NCBI GenBank assembly: GCA_024137785.1
Contig: JAHRHZ010000140.1
Span: forward strand, 27,653,010-27,717,009
DNA: 64,000 nucleotides
DNA from: Ginglymostoma cirratum
Lineage: Eukaryota
Direction: 5' to 3'
Part shown: in pieces, positions 11,245 through 25,345 of the stretch
Layout: the number at the start of each line of letters is the position of its first letter
Position numbering within the stretch: position 1 is the stretch's first letter
Notes under the pieces: model-generated
Seen by the model: the letters and a program-made list of their open reading frames with translations, nothing else
What the model was told of the DNA's origin: nothing
Database searches by the model: none
Translations under genes and position numbers: made by a program

Positions 11245-12540
11245 TCAAGTTCCACTTTTCATTTTTTTGGCCCATAGCTCTGAATGGTATGATAATACAT
11301 GTGAAGATGTGAACAGTGCTTAAATATTGCAAGAATTTCTGACTGAACCACCTATTCAGTTACTATGTTTCAGACTCCCACAACCTTGTGTGAAAAAGAT
11401 TCCTCGACTCTCCATTTTGCCTTCTACCTCTTACATTAAATATGTGACTCCTAGTTATTGACTCCTCTACTAAAGGATAAAGTGCCTTCCTATCCACCCT
11501 ATCTATGCTCCTCATAAATGTTATACATTTCTATCAAATCCCCTTTCAACCTTCACTGGTCCAAGGTAAATTACCTCAGCTTAGCCATGCTTAGCTCAGA
11601 TAGAATCCTGGAACATCATCTCTGCATCTTCTCTAGTGCAATCACGTCCTACATAGAACGTGTTGACCAGAACTGTATGCAGCACTCCACTTGTGGCCTA
11701 ACCAGCATTTCATACCGCTCCAGTATAAACATTTCTTGTATTCAATGTCTCAGTTAAGTAAGGGAAGTATCCCATGTGCATTCTTAACCACCTCATCTAC
11801 CCAACCTGTTACCTTCAGTGATCTGTTGCTGTGCAAACTAAGGTCCCTCTGATCTTCAATATTTTCTGGAATCCTACTATTAGGTATGTGATCCCTTGCC
11901 TTGTTGCCTCACAATATGCTGGACTGAATTCCATTTACCACATCCCTGCCCACCTTACTAGTTCATTGATATCCTCCTGCAGTTTATGGCTATCCTTCCT
12001 CACTCCTTACCACTCAATTTTTGGGCCATCCATGAACTCCCTAATCATATTCTCTACATTTAAGTCCAAATCATTAATGTACACGACAAACAGCAAGGGA
12101 CCCAGCACCAAACCCTGCGGAACACCACTGGAAACAAATTTCAAGTCATCAAACATCCTTCTCCCATCTACTTTGCTTCCTGCCTTTCAGCCAATTTTAG
12201 ATCCAATATGCTACTTGCTTTGGATCCCATGTGCTCTTACTTTCTTGACTAGTCTGGCACAAGGGATCATAGTAAAAGCCTGGCTAAAGTCCATGTAGAC
12301 CACATCAAATACTTTACCCTCATCAACATTCCTGGTTATCTCCTCAAAACAAAAATGATCAAATTTGTCGACTATGACTTTCCCTCAACAAATCCATGCT
12401 GACCATCCCTGCCTAATGAGTGTTACTCCAAAAAAAGATATATTCTATCTCTCAGAATTCTCTCTAATGACTTCCCCCTACTGAGGTTAGACTAACTGGC
12501 CTGTACTTTTCTAGTCTATCCCTTTTTGCCTGGTTCCCCT
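11245..12540 (-). mobile_element. CR1 LINE ORF2 remnant, internally deleted
   Basis: Minus strand gives YRPVSLTSVG and GVPQGLVLGPLLFVVYINDLD RT motifs, then a CR1 3' end. Confidence 0.88.
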
Positions 12541-13162
12541 TCGAGTATTTATCCAATTCTCCTTTTTCAGGATTCTGGTGAATATTTTCACATCTTTCTA
12601 TCAGGTTGCACATTCCAGATTGTGACCACTCATTGTACAAAAAGAAATTCTCCACATCCCATCCTCTTGATCCATTTAAAGGGTAATAATCCCTTGTACA
12701 GCTGGACACAGAGGTGTGTTTAAAAATAGGGTGGTAACACTATGAAAGAGGTTCAAAATGGCAGCTCAATGCCAACTCAGCATTTCACATTGCATAATGT
12801 CAAGATATGTCCAACCTAAACACTTCCAGCATATACACATATGCACTTCTGTGCTTTTAAAAGCATGGCACACAGTGTGGACGATGACAGAATTGGTTGG
12901 AAACAGCATTACCACCATTTCAAGACTTGCAATTCCTGACATCAACTATGTTACAGAATCAAATTTCACAGGCTTAATTTCTTAGGAATTAATACCATGT
13001 AATAAATTCATTTTCCTCATACGCCCTGGACACCCAGTTAGATGTTCTCTCCATCCTCATGTCCTCCCACATTGTGCAACAACATGGACTTTTCCTACCT
13101 CAGCCACTCCCTAATAGCTACTCAGAGGCAAGATCAGCTGACTAATTCAACTGACTAAATAA

Positions 13163-13505
13163 GGGTGGCATGCTGGCTCAGTGGTTAGCACAGCATCAGG
13201 GAACTGTGTCCGATTCCGCTCTCGGGCATTATCTGTGTGAAGTTTGCACATTCTCCCTGTGTCTGCGTGGGTTTCCTCCGGGTGCTGTGGCTTCCTCCCA
13301 CAGTCCAAAGACGTGCAAGTTAGGTGGATTGGCGATAGCTAAATTGCCCATAGCGTCTAGGGATGTGCAGGATTAGTTGTGGGAAAAGCATGGTCGCAGG
13401 CATTGGGTAGAGAGATGTGTCTGGGTGGGATGCTCTTCGGAAGGTTGGTGAGGACTTGATGGGCCAAATGGCCTGCTTCCACACTGTAGAGGATTCTATG
13501 ATTCT
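13163..13505 (+). mobile_element. HE1-type SINE
   Basis: A box TGGCTCAGTGG, degenerate B box, body gtttgcacattctccc...cagtccaaagac, tail ggattctatgattct. Confidence 0.9.
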
Positions 13506-16500
13506 TTTACTGCAGATGTTTCCTCGTATGCTTGAGCACAGCTGCTCACCATCATTAAAGGCATTCAAAGTCAAGAACTGTCCACAAGTAAGGCCTGAAC
13601 ATTTGAGAACATTTGAGAACATAAATGTCGATACCAGTACCTCAGATCAGGGAGGAAATATCTGAGCATCAGACTTCATGATGTATCATTTTCCTACAGA
13701 GGTTAGAGGGTTAATACAACCTTGTGATAGCTAACAGTTCCTCACTAGGTGGTGATGAACTGCATATTTTTGAACTTGACTTACAATGAAATGTAGCACA
13801 TACAAACCCTGGGGCAATGAGATTAAACTTCAGCAAAGAACAACTGCGCGTATACTCTGAGGTAGCCTGCTGTTCCACGTGTGAAAACCCAAATCCTCAA
13901 GCGTGCGACAGCATGTGGTTACTGAGCTCAGGTAACACGCAGCATTGAAAACAGAGACACTCATCTACCCCACTTAAATAATTAAATTAATACCACACAA
14001 TGAGCAACGAATCGTTTCCGAGATTCCCTTCCTTAGAAAGTTGACAGCTCAAATACCCCTACCCTTTCACACGCAATTACACCGAATGCGCGATGCAGTA
14101 TTTGTTCGGCCGTAATTTAGGTGTAGCTGTTCCCGATTTTGTATCACTGCAAACAGAAGAATATGGATTTATTTGTACTTTAACTGTTAGCTACTTTGTT
14201 GCTGCAGTCAGATTTCCCTTACCTGTCCAAAGTCATGCTGAACAAATAGAGAAGTGTAGTGAACTCTTAAATTAGATAGACAATAATCCAATTGCTTCAC
14301 ACAACCTCGAGGATATCCCCAGAGGGGTCTGGGATTTGGGACTGAAATTTAAAAACCCGCAACGCAGAAGTGTTTCCCAATGTCAAGGCACATGGGTAAA
14401 TCATGCCTTTAAAGATTGGGTAACACATTTTTAATTTTGAACACATGGATTAATGGCAACCAATGATATCATTAGTTTAAGAAATATTATGCTATTTTGT
14501 TGAATTATCACGCTATCTGTAAATGCTACACAATGATATTCCTAGGTATGCATACATTTTGTTCTCCCATGTCCACTATTATTTCTGGTTCCAAAGGACC
14601 TTTCAGTTTATTATCTAAGTTGTACCAGCAGATTCTGAGATTATCTAACGTCATTCAACAATCTCCACTCATGAATTGCGCAAGGTTTAAAGAAATTGCT
14701 TGAATCATGTGAACTTTATAAATCACAACTAACAGACCAGCTCTCACTTCATAAAGCCAATTTGTGTTTCAATTTTTATGTCTCTCAAGAATCTACGTGT
14801 TGGAAACACTTTTTAGAAAAGTAAAGAGAGAAAATTCTCCTAATTATAAATTATCAGGCCATTTAAATAATTGTGACAGAACAGGCCAGGTTATTACCAC
14901 ATTCCATCCTTTCACTAATAAGAGAATTGACTGTACAACCGTATGTTTTCCATTAGTTAGACTATACTTCTTAATCATGACAGATTTTAAAAACACATCT
15001 AGCGTCAATCTCGAAGAAATGATATGAAATGACAATATTTCCGAACATGGCGTGGAGTTATCAGCAGTGCATAGCACATTAGAAAAGCACAAAAAGCTGC
15101 CTGTCACCTTATGTTGGCCCGTGAGGTTGATAAAGTATGTTCTTATAAGGAACTAAATGTACCAATTATTACCATACTAACAGTTGTTAGATAACATAAA
15201 GACAAAACTGCACTCTGCAGGTGGAGTCCACATGTGCAGCCTCAGTAGGTGGTGCTTGGAAGGATATTTGTTGTGTGTTTATAGCCAGCTGGCCTACTCA
15301 ACGTATGAAAAATACCAACATGGTTTTGGCCTCTCTCTGTGCAAAGATTGTCACGCTAGTAAAGATTTGGCTGGTACCAATATACTAACAAGGAGTCAAA
15401 TCAGTTTAATTGCACAGCGATATGTACTATAAACCTACAAAGTTTAAACATTTTTATCAGTCAATACTATTCAAATTAATAAGAAAACCATACAGTCTGT
15501 TGAATGAGTTAAGAAAAAGCCATCAACTTCTTTTCTAACAATAGTATGTATTTGTTCAGTGCAGGACCATTGTTCCAGATCACTGGCAAATTTGCGCAAG
15601 AACTGAAAGAAGTGTAGTCTTCTACCTATGACACCGAGTTAAAGCAAATAACTTGGCAGGCTGTCATTTCATTGCATATTTTCTTCATAACATTTACCTC
15701 AGGTACCTAGAAAAGCAAGTCTCTGCATTTTCTTGAGCCCATCACTCTGGTTCACTGTTATTATTGGTTGGGTATGTTAGTAAATGACTCGCTTGAGAGA
15801 AACCGGTTGTCACACTATTTAGATTTTAGTTGGCTCACATGTACAGAAATTGATTGCCTTGTCAATGGCCAGATTTGTTGTAAATGAAGTGACAAGTGGA
15901 TGAACAAACCTGAAGTGAGAACTCTCATGTTGAGGAGAGAAAATATGTCTCCCTTTCAGCCAACCATTTTAATATCTTCACACAACTGTGTTGCAGAAAT
16001 GCACAATCTGCTTCTGTGACATTAGATTTTGGCTCAACTACATTTCAGGTATGGCATAATGATAAATTATCAAATTTCCAACTCTGCTGTAGAAAACAAA
16101 ACGTGGAACTGAAACCTCGTCATCTTTAAATTCTGCCACTCAACAGACAGAGGTCTATGGAATGTGTAAGTCACAAACAATATCGTTACTTTGAAAAAAT
16201 GCTGGGATGAACTTTCCTATTTGTCAGGCAACTAAATTCCAATTTTAACCTTGCCTCCTCAGAAGATAAAATTTAAAAGTAATGTGAAAGGGAACAAGGT
16301 TGTAGTAAGTTACTGATGACCACCCTTTGAACAATATAACAAGCTAGGGCTGGGGTACACTGTTGCACAGGAAGACCTGAAGGAAGGGGGAAACATTGTT
16401 TATAAAAGAGTTCTGGTTATTCTTCAATCCACTCCAAAAGGGAAAAATCTGGAATCTCAACACAAAGAGTGCTAACTCTGCCAATGTTAAAATTACACAA

Positions 16501-17489
16501 GCGCTGGCTTTCCTGCTGTTACCAAACAAGCAAGTTCTGCACAGTGGGTGCTCCAATTGGACTGATTGATCTGATGCTGGCTTGCAGCTTTACTCACACC
16601 TCTATTGTCAGATCTGACTGATCTGTCCTATCAGCACAAGCAGCATTGTGTTCCAGGAAATATAGGAGTATCAGCCTCTGCAATTACACAGACCCTGACT
16701 AAGAGGTATTCTTGCTTTAGTAACTGAAGGTCTACTTTCAAACTGCATCACAAATTTCCTCTAAAAATTCCAACACCATGTCCACTGAGTAACAGCATTA
16801 AATTTTCCACCCATTCATAATTAACGGGCACAGAAATAAACCCAGTCATGGAGAGTGGAGGGGTAGAGGAATATGGTACAATGTGAACCAAAACCAGAAA
16901 GTTTAAAATTGACCATCTAGGTAAAGTGCTTGCAGGCAGTTAGTTGAGTGAATTCAGCACTATTGCAGGTGTGTGTAGTTTGAGTGATGATAAAAGTGTA
17001 TTTGCACAGTGTGTCATGATAAAACAAGAACTGCACACTGGCCTGGTACCAAAACCCACCACAAATCTGTCCTGTCCTTAGGTTAACAACAATCCCTTGT
17101 GGGAATGAGCTATTACAAGTGTACCAGGAGACATGTTGCTGATTGTCCTTTCACTAATGCTGCTGTAGTTAAAATGCTCTGGAACCAAATGTCCCTGGAA
17201 GGTCTTTTCCTTCTGCATAAAGTATAGTGAGAACACAGTTATGATATTGTACCAGCAACCGAGAGGTTATGAGCATCGATGGAATACAAACTCAACCGAT
17301 CTACTAATTTCGTCCAGAAAAGAAAATCTGCCATTTGTATATAGTCTGGTTTACATGTGACTACAGCATCATACTCTATGGGTGACTACTAATGCCCTCA
17401 GTATAACTTCAATTGTGTCACAAGATCGTTAAATGAGAAAAAAAAATTGATTTAATTATACCATGTTGTACCCTCCTGTAAGCTGTGCT

Positions 17490-17645
17490 TATTTAAAACC
17501 TCACTGCCTGTACCCTAACTTGCACCAAGTCTCATTCACCGATCTACACTGCTCAGCTGCCTTCCTTATGTGGCTCAGCGTCAAATTTTGTTTGAAATGC
17601 AATGAGATGTTTTAGTATGTTAAGGATGCTATTTAAATGCAAGGA
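17490..17645 (+). mobile_element. L2-like 3' tail fragment
   Basis: ttatgtggctcagcgtcaaattttgtttg...gatgctatttaaatgcaag; a second copy lies at about 21260-21400. Confidence 0.55.
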
Positions 17646-18479
17646 ATACTGTGGGATAAAATCCTATAATGGATTTTCTAAACAATAAGATTCACTGCAT
17701 GAAGGCCAAGCTGTCAGGATCAGGTATGAAAATGTAACAGCATGGCCTCAGCATCTTCTGCTGGATGTAATGAGTAGCTCAGAGTCCTGAGAGATACAAC
17801 TGAACAAGGAAATGCCAAGTTTCAGCAGCCAGTGTTGGAAACATGGGGAAAGTGCAGGGTCCAGCTATTCAAACATTTACCAGCTGCACATTTACTTGTC
17901 TAAATATTAACCACTGACACCATCTGCGGACAATGTAACTGTGCATTAGCGAACATCCCATATGTTAAAGAACAATGAAAAGTTATGAAAAGTCAACATT
18001 GGTCTAGTTGTCCAAGTTTGACTGTCTTCAATAAAACATTTGTCCTAAAGGTCTTTTTGCAATACTGATAGCTAGCTCTGAGTCAAGAAACAAAGTTAAC
18101 GAATAGATGAAGCAAAGGTTAACTTTCTGAGGCTATGGCTGTGGCACATGATCAGAATTAAGGAGATCAGTTTGGAATGAACAAATGTTAAATCAACAGA
18201 TGGTGTCAAATAGAGTGACAGCTTGTGCTCTAGTCCACTGGTTTAGTATAAGGATGTAACTAGTTCTAATGGTCAATGACAATATGAATTTAATCTTAAT
18301 GAGGGGCTCTCACTTAATATTGCTAATTAATTTTCCTTGAACAAGAGTTCAAAAGGCAGGTGCATATAGGATTTAATCTATTGGATCCTGATCATGTTTT
18401 ATAATGTATGTGTAAGTACTAAGAATATTTAAAGACAGAAACTGCTTCCGTGGCAAAAGATGGAAAATTGCTCCACAAA

Positions 18480-19290
18480 GCCTGGTCCTGAGGCCAGTGT
18501 TATTCACAATTTACATTAACAATTTGGACTGGTGTATTAGAGGAACAATTTTAAAATTTGTGAATGACACCAAACTTGCTGGGGGCGCTAGGGGGTTGTG
18601 AATAGTACAAAGTAAAAATATGACAAAATAGAGGCAAAAAACAATACTGCAGAATGACATGCAACTGAAATAAATTTCAGTATAATTACAAGATAATGCA
18701 TTTCACAGTAAGGATAAGGAGGCCACATATTGTTTGAACAGCAGTGAAATAACTCCACTGGGGCTGGTATCCCATTACTAAGTCCCCCTTTATTTACATG
18801 TAGAAAGTCCTTGACACTGATCCAGCTCCTTCAGAGTGAACAGACTCTGACACGCCTGTTTATATCTGTCAGCCAGAGCTCTCTGATTGGACCAGATTAA
18901 AAAGCCCCAATCAGGGAACTCATATTCTATGATATTCACCTGGCTGACCTCATTACAATCACTACAAGCGGGAGTCTAAATGGGGTAGTCAATCAAAGGC
19001 AAATGACTAAAAGTAGTAACAGGTTAATAAGGAAAATGTAAACAAAGCACCGAGGTTCATTTCCAGTGTTACAAATTAAGATATTAAACTTGTACAACGT
19101 TGGTCAAAGCACTGTGATAGTCTCCATATTTTACAAGGACATATAGCAAGAGTGAAGGTTTAAAGAAAAGGTTCTAAAGAACAGCTACCCGAACTAAGAA
19201 GATGTAATTATCAGGAAAAGTGAACTGGACTGGATCTTTACTTCACAAAATGAAGGCTAACGGTGGATGGAATAAACGAGGTCTTAACAT
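18480..19290 (+). mobile_element. CR1 RT remnant hosting a solo LTR
   Basis: VL.PVLFTIYINNLD and KF..DTKL motifs at 18485-18578; continues after 18971. Confidence 0.7.
18745..18966 (-). mobile_element. Solo LTR, same family as 829-1050
   Basis: Minus strand TGTAGTGATT...GGAGTTATTTCA. Flanks AGCAG (18740-18744) and AGCGG (18967-18971) form a 5-bp TSD with one mismatch. Confidence 0.88.
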
Positions 19291-19294
19291 TTTA

Positions 19295-20002
19295 AAAACG
19301 CATTGATGTGACATAGGTGTCGCTGGCTTGGCCATGAATGGTGGCCCATGAGAAGGTGATAGTGAGCCTCCTTCCTTGCAGTCCACTTGGTATACATAGA
19401 CCCACAATGCTGTTAGGAATGGAGTGTCAGGATTTTGACCCAGTAACAGTGAAGGAACGGCGATGCATTTCCAGGTCAAGATGGTGAGTGGCTTGAAACA
19501 GAACATGCAGGTGGTGGTGTTCCTGTGTATCGGCTGCTCCTCCTGCACAGAAGTGGTTTTGGGTATGGAAAGTGATGTCCAAGGAGCCTTAGTGACTTTT
19601 TGCTGCATAGCTTGTTGTGGTTATACACTGGTGCTAGTGAATAACAGTGGTGGTGGAAGTGAATGTTTGTGGATGTGATGCCAATCAAGTGGGCTGCTTT
19701 GTCCTGGAGGGTGTCAAGCTATTGAGTGCTGTTGGTGCTGCACTCATCCAGGCAAGGGGGATTTATTTCATTATATACTTCTGTCCTCTGCTTTGTAGAT
19801 AAGGGACAGGATTTGGAGTGCCTGAAAGTGAGTTACTCGCTGCAGGATTCCTAGTCTCTGACTTGCATTTGTACCCACAGTATTTACATAGCTAATGCAA
19901 TTCGGTTTCCGGTCAGTAGTAACCCTGGGATGTTGATCGAGTAGGATTCAGCAATGGTAATCCCATTGAAAGTTAAGGGGTAATGGTTAGATTCTCTCTT
20001 AT
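19295..20002 (-). mobile_element. 3' part of a second LINE family (CR1/L2 group), nested in the CR1 remnant
   Basis: Recognisable shark repeat text (gaaggtgatagtgagc...caggattttgacccagtaacagtgaaggaacggcgat). Related fragments lie at about 48140-48410 and 49420-49820. Confidence 0.7.
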
Positions 20003-22651
20003 TACAATCATAAGAAGGTAAACATAAGGAAGATATTCCCACGTGTGCGGAACTCACATCTATTTCCTGAGTCTAAACCTGCCTCCAAGGCACCCATATC
20101 CACCATTAACTGAGAGTCAAAGTCAAAAAGGTGACCAATTCAATCTAAGAAGTGGGGCTATAATAATGAAGTTATGAGTGTTAAAGTCCTTGAGCTTTTT
20201 GAAAGTTAACTGCTGTTGATTGGTTTTCCCAGGCTTCAAGGAACCCAGTAACTTCCTCAAAGTAAATGTCTTCGTGGACTTAGGAGAGGAATACTATTAC
20301 ACTTACTTCCTGGCCTGGGGAGCCTCCATGACTAGGGAGCCACTGTACTGTGATTGGGGTACCTCGGAGACATTTGAATTGCCCTACCCATGCAGCCAGC
20401 CAAACCAAATCCACCTCCTGCCCCCTTAGGCCTCAGAACACACCACCTCCACGCCTACCCCCCACCCCCCAAAAATCATGCCGTCTCCAAACTTCCACTC
20501 CCTCAATCCCTGGTCCCTGCCTGATCAATCCTCTTTCTCCATCTGGTGGGAGGTCTGGAATGTCAATCATGTTGGTATTTGAACAGTGAACAAATCCAAA
20601 GAGGTGTCATGGCATTAAAGGTCAACATCATGTAGAAAACCTGATCCTCTCAGCTCACTAAAATCTCTGCTCTACAGTCAATATCAACAGTTCTGCAAGG
20701 AAATGAATATTTCCACGTTTTCTCTCCCATTTCCATTTGAGTTAATTTCAGTTTAAACATTCTTGGTTCCCTCGAATTGTTTACTTAAGTTTTCCTTCTT
20801 CAGAGGAACAATTCCTGTCAATGAAGATTGCCAAGTCATTGCCCTCAGGCTTTTGCCAGTGCAGCTTTAGAAATAGCCCCTGGCAGCCTTCCTGCTTAGG
20901 CATCTGGGAGTTCCCATCTGATAATACAGCCTTGATCAGGGCAATTGCGAGACTGAGTCAGAATCCTATCTCGATCTAAAATTATATCTTAACATACTAA
21001 CATGGTATAGCAGGCCAGCCTCAGAAAATTATGTTCCAAGGGACATTTCAATTGATTTGCTCTGCTGATTAATGTTGTCTTTCTATAAAAAGCTAGGAAA
21101 ATCTTGTCCATTAATTACCAATAAACCCTAGCGTTAGTTCAATTCTGTTCTATGCAGTATTCCAATTCTAATTGCTCCACTTTTGAAGGATGTGCCTTCA
21201 GCTGCTGAGGTCGTGTGCACTGTAATGGCTCCCATAAGCCTTTCTTCCTGTTCATCCTTTCCTAAATGCTCCACAAAACATGGATTTTTGTTCATCTACC
21301 ATAGATAATATCATTTTATGTGGCTCAGCGTCAAAGTTTGTTTGATAGCTTCTATGAAATCCTTGGAAACTATTACATGAAGAGTGTTATATAGATGAAT
21401 CGTAGAAGACCTTGGTGATTCCTTCTCATTCCATTTGGTTCTGTTTTGTTGATTCTCTGAGACTACCACTCCTTTCCTCATCAGATCACAACACTAACTA
21501 CTAACCTGTATCAAAGCCAAAAGCTGTCTGGTTCAAATATTCCAAAACTATCAGCTATGCTTGCTGAGGAGCCAGTGTCTTTTTTTGCGACATCTGATCA
21601 GGCGGTGACTATGGGACATGACAATTCTATGCTGTTGTTGAACTGTTTTTGACCTTGAGATGTTGTCACAAAAATCTCAATTCCCTGTTTCACTGTTAAC
21701 TCCAATCATCCTTGCTTGTGCATGTGCCAGATGAAATGTTGCTATTTGCTAGGTAATTTAAAGAAATCCTCATCCTCATTCTGATGTACAGATCTTGCCT
21801 CCAAAACCAGGATTACTCCATGCCAATCGCAATATGCAGTCTCTCATCAAATGAGAAGGTCGCTTTTAGAATAGATTACATTGCATTCATTCCAAATGCA
21901 AGTCAGTTAAGAAACTGCTAAGTTCATTTTATTGTGAAGCAATGGATTAATTTTTAAATGCTGACAAATAGGCTATTTTCTTATTATTTTCTTTTAACAT
22001 ATAAATAATGTTAACATTCTGCATTATTTGAGGTGGACCTCTGCACTAAACTTTAAATAGCATCTTACCACAAGTTGAAAGATCGATCTGGGCACGTGCT
22101 ACTCACTGAAAGTTGACCAATGTCAGACTGGTGCAGATGGCAGTGAGGAGTTTCAGCATCAAAACTGCCTCATTGGTACAAATTGCCAGTAGAAATATCC
22201 AGGATTGTCATATCAATAATATTATTTGCAATTGTTGTAAAAATCAAAACGGAACACTTTTAACACTGTTCAACACACACATTAAGCAGTTATCAATCTG
22301 CATATTCAGTGCACTAAACTAGTAAGAGTATAAGACACAATTTTTCTGAGATCTATGAACATACTTGAACAAACATGAACTACTTTAATATGGATTGGAT
22401 GTCATTTCTTTATTTTTGGTGGCCTTACATTGGGGATTTAGATGATTGCTGTGGTGGAGGTAGTGGTTGGTGGCAGGTAGGGGGCTTGTAATCATGGCAC
22501 TTTATGTCATATCTTATTTAGACCATAAAGTACAGGCACAATAAATGTTCTTGTATGTCTTGATTTCCTCTTGGGCTAACAGTCAGTCTTTAAAAATGCC
22601 ACTTCTGTCCAACATGTTTTTGTAGACAACCAGATCCTGACAACAACTTTA

Positions 22652-22786
22652 AATGAGACGCCTTCAGTTATCACTGCAGCTCTGATAGGTCTCACTTTCC
22701 TGACCTCACCCGAGGTTCAGTGACCCTCAGGTTAAACTCGCTGCCAGTCATCAGTCTCTCTAATGAGACTATGGTCCTCTGAGACT
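22652..22786 (+). mobile_element. Short retroposon 3' fragment between 12-bp direct repeats
   Basis: ACAACAACTTTA at 22640-22651 and 22787-22798. The body ends tctctctaatgagactatggtcctctgagact. Confidence 0.45.
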
Positions 22787-23519
22787 ACAACAACTTTACT
22801 CAGTTTACTTTTATTTAAGGAAGCACTGCTTCTTTTGGAGAAAGTTGAAGATCTGGTAAGGCAAACACCGTCCAATGGAATTGCAGTACATCCTGTTAAT
22901 AAGTCAGAGAACAGCACTAATAGCTGCCAAGGAAAACATAATGCTATTGTTGACTCAAGTTAAGGCAGAGTATAAAATTTCAGCTTAAAAACAACAACGG
23001 TAGACTCAGTAATGAGAAATCAGCATGGGTAAAAGATCAGCTGGTGGCAACATCTGACGTTTTCTAGTGTTAACTTATCATTTACCTGATGACGAAAAAT
23101 GTCAGAAATCTCTGGATAATAGTGAGAACTACACAAATAGACATAGGACACTATCATTCTTAGAATCTCAAGTTTAATCTTTACGAGCTTGAGAGGGGAT
23201 CTGTAAACATAGTCAAATATCTAGGAAAATTGGGGCAACTATTGTATTAGCTTAAAAGCAAGTTGTGTAATTCTCTATTTGCTTATTCTATATCTCCAAG
23301 GAAACAGATTTGAGACAGGGATAAAGTGAGACTTGAGGAAAAAAAAGCAAAGAGAAAAAGAATTAGGCAAAGATCAAAAAAATAAGAAATGTGAGTTGAA
23401 AGTAGTAGCCAAATAAATAGAAAGAAAAACATTTAGAGAAGCGAAACATAAGCAAAAGTAAATCCTTGAAGCCATGCAAAGAAAATATTTGGAAGCAAAT
23501 GCCTTCACATGTTTAAGAA

Positions 23520-24130
23520 CGTAAGAAGAATGTAAGAAATAGCAGCAGGAGTAAACCATCAAGCCTACTCTGCTATTCAATACAATAATGGCTGAGCTTG
23601 GGCTTCAATTCACCTTCTCCCATATCCCCTCAACTCCGAGAGACTGAAAACCTGTTTATCTCATCCTTAGATAGAATTAACAACAGAACTTTTGTAAACC
23701 TTCCAAAGTTCCACAACCCTTTCAGTGAAGAAATGTTTCCTCATCTCCTTGCTAAATAATATGAGACTGTGCTCCTGTATTCTATTTCCCCCACTGCGGG
23801 GGAAACAGCCTGTCAAGCCCCTTCGGGATCTTATATGTTTCAACGCGATCACTTCCCTTTCATCCAAACTCTAGAGAATACAGGTCTAATTTACTCAAGT
23901 CTTTTTTCACAGGAAAATCCTTTCATCCCACTAATCAATCTGAACGGTTTCCAATGTAAGTAAATCCTTCCAACGGGACAGTAGTGCAGATGCGTTCTCA
24001 ACTATCCCTGCAATTCTATCAAGATTTCCTTACTATTACAGTCCAATCCCCTTGCACTGAAGACCAGTGTACCATCTGCCTCCTAAATTACTTGTTACAC
24101 CTGCATGCTAACTTTGTGTGTTCTTGTACA
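23520..24130 (-). mobile_element. CR1 3' end
   Basis: Minus ORF contains EMRKHFFTERVVELW; tail repeats (taagaa). Confidence 0.8.
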
Positions 24131-24204
24131 ATTAGTTTAAATGTTATAGTCAATGAAACCAGGAAGCCCTTCAGGTGTGTAGAGATTGTTGGGGGGTGGG
24201 GGGT

Positions 24205-25345
24205 GCTTTAAAACGAAATTAGAAGGGCAAAGAGGGGCAATGAAATATCTTTGGCAGATGGGATTAATGAGCACCCCGAGGCATTTTATAAATATATAAC
24301 AGCAGGAGGATTACCAGGGAAGGAAAGAGTGAGGAGGCAGAGAATGTGGGTGAGGTCTTAAATGAATATTATTCATCTATACTCACAAAGGAGAAAAACG
24401 TTGTAGCTGGAGATTTCATTTGGGATGGTGAGGTTCTACAGCATGTTAAGATTAATGAGGAGGTGTCAGATGTTTTGGAAGGCATAAAGATGCCTAAATC
24501 ACGTCGGGCCTGATGAGATGTATCCCAGGCTGCTATGGGACGCAAGGGAGCAGATTTCTGGGATCCTGGCAGAGATATTTCATAATTCACTGGCCATGGG
24601 TGAAGTGCCGGATGACTGCAGAATAGCTAATATGCTTCCTTTGGTCAAGAAAGGCAGCAAGGATAGGCCGGACAATTACAGATCAGTTAGTCAGATCAGA
24701 TATCAGTGGTAGGGATATTATTGGAAAAAAAAAATTGAGGGACAGAATTAATCAACACTTGGAAAGACAAGGATGAATCAGGGATAGTCATCACGGTACT
24801 GCAGTTGATGTGCTTTACATGGACATTAGTAAGACCTTTGACAAGATCCCACGTGAAAGCCCAGTCCAAAAGGTAAGAGCCCAAGTTGGTAAACTGAATC
24901 CAAAATTGGCTTACAAATATGAGGCAAAGAGTCTGTGACCAGCAACGTACTACAGGGCTTGGCGCTGGGACCCTTGCTGTTTGTTATATAGATTAACGAC
25001 TTGGCTGTGAATGTAGAAGGCATAATTAGTAAGTTTGCAGATGACACGAAAGTTGGTGGTGTCGTTGATAGGGAGGAGGATGGTGTCACACTACAGTCTG
25101 ATATTGATCAGCTGGTAAATTGGGCAGAGCAATGGCAGATGGATTTTTATCCTGATTAGTGTGAGGTGATGCATTTTGGGAGATCTAATAAAGGAAGGAT
25201 ATAAACAATGAGCAGGGAGTACTGAGGGAAAAAGGGACCTTAGTGTACTAATCCATAGATCCCTGAAGGTGTCAGAGGTAGACATGGTGGTGAAGAAGGC
25301 ATAGAGGAAGCTTGTTTTCATTAGCTAGGGCATAGAATATAGGAG
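24205..25345 (+). mobile_element. CR1 ORF2 remnant (RT)
   Basis: YPRLLW.AREQI...EIF..SLAMGEVPDDCRIAN..PL.KKGSKDRPDNYRSVS; GLALGPLLFVIXINDL; ISKFADDTKVGG. Confidence 0.92.

Noticed and set aside
11831-12298. 155-aa plus-strand ORF
   Set aside because: Antisense shadow of a CR1 RT remnant.
13597-13622. gaacatttga tandem repeat
   Set aside because: Trivial 10-bp slippage duplication.
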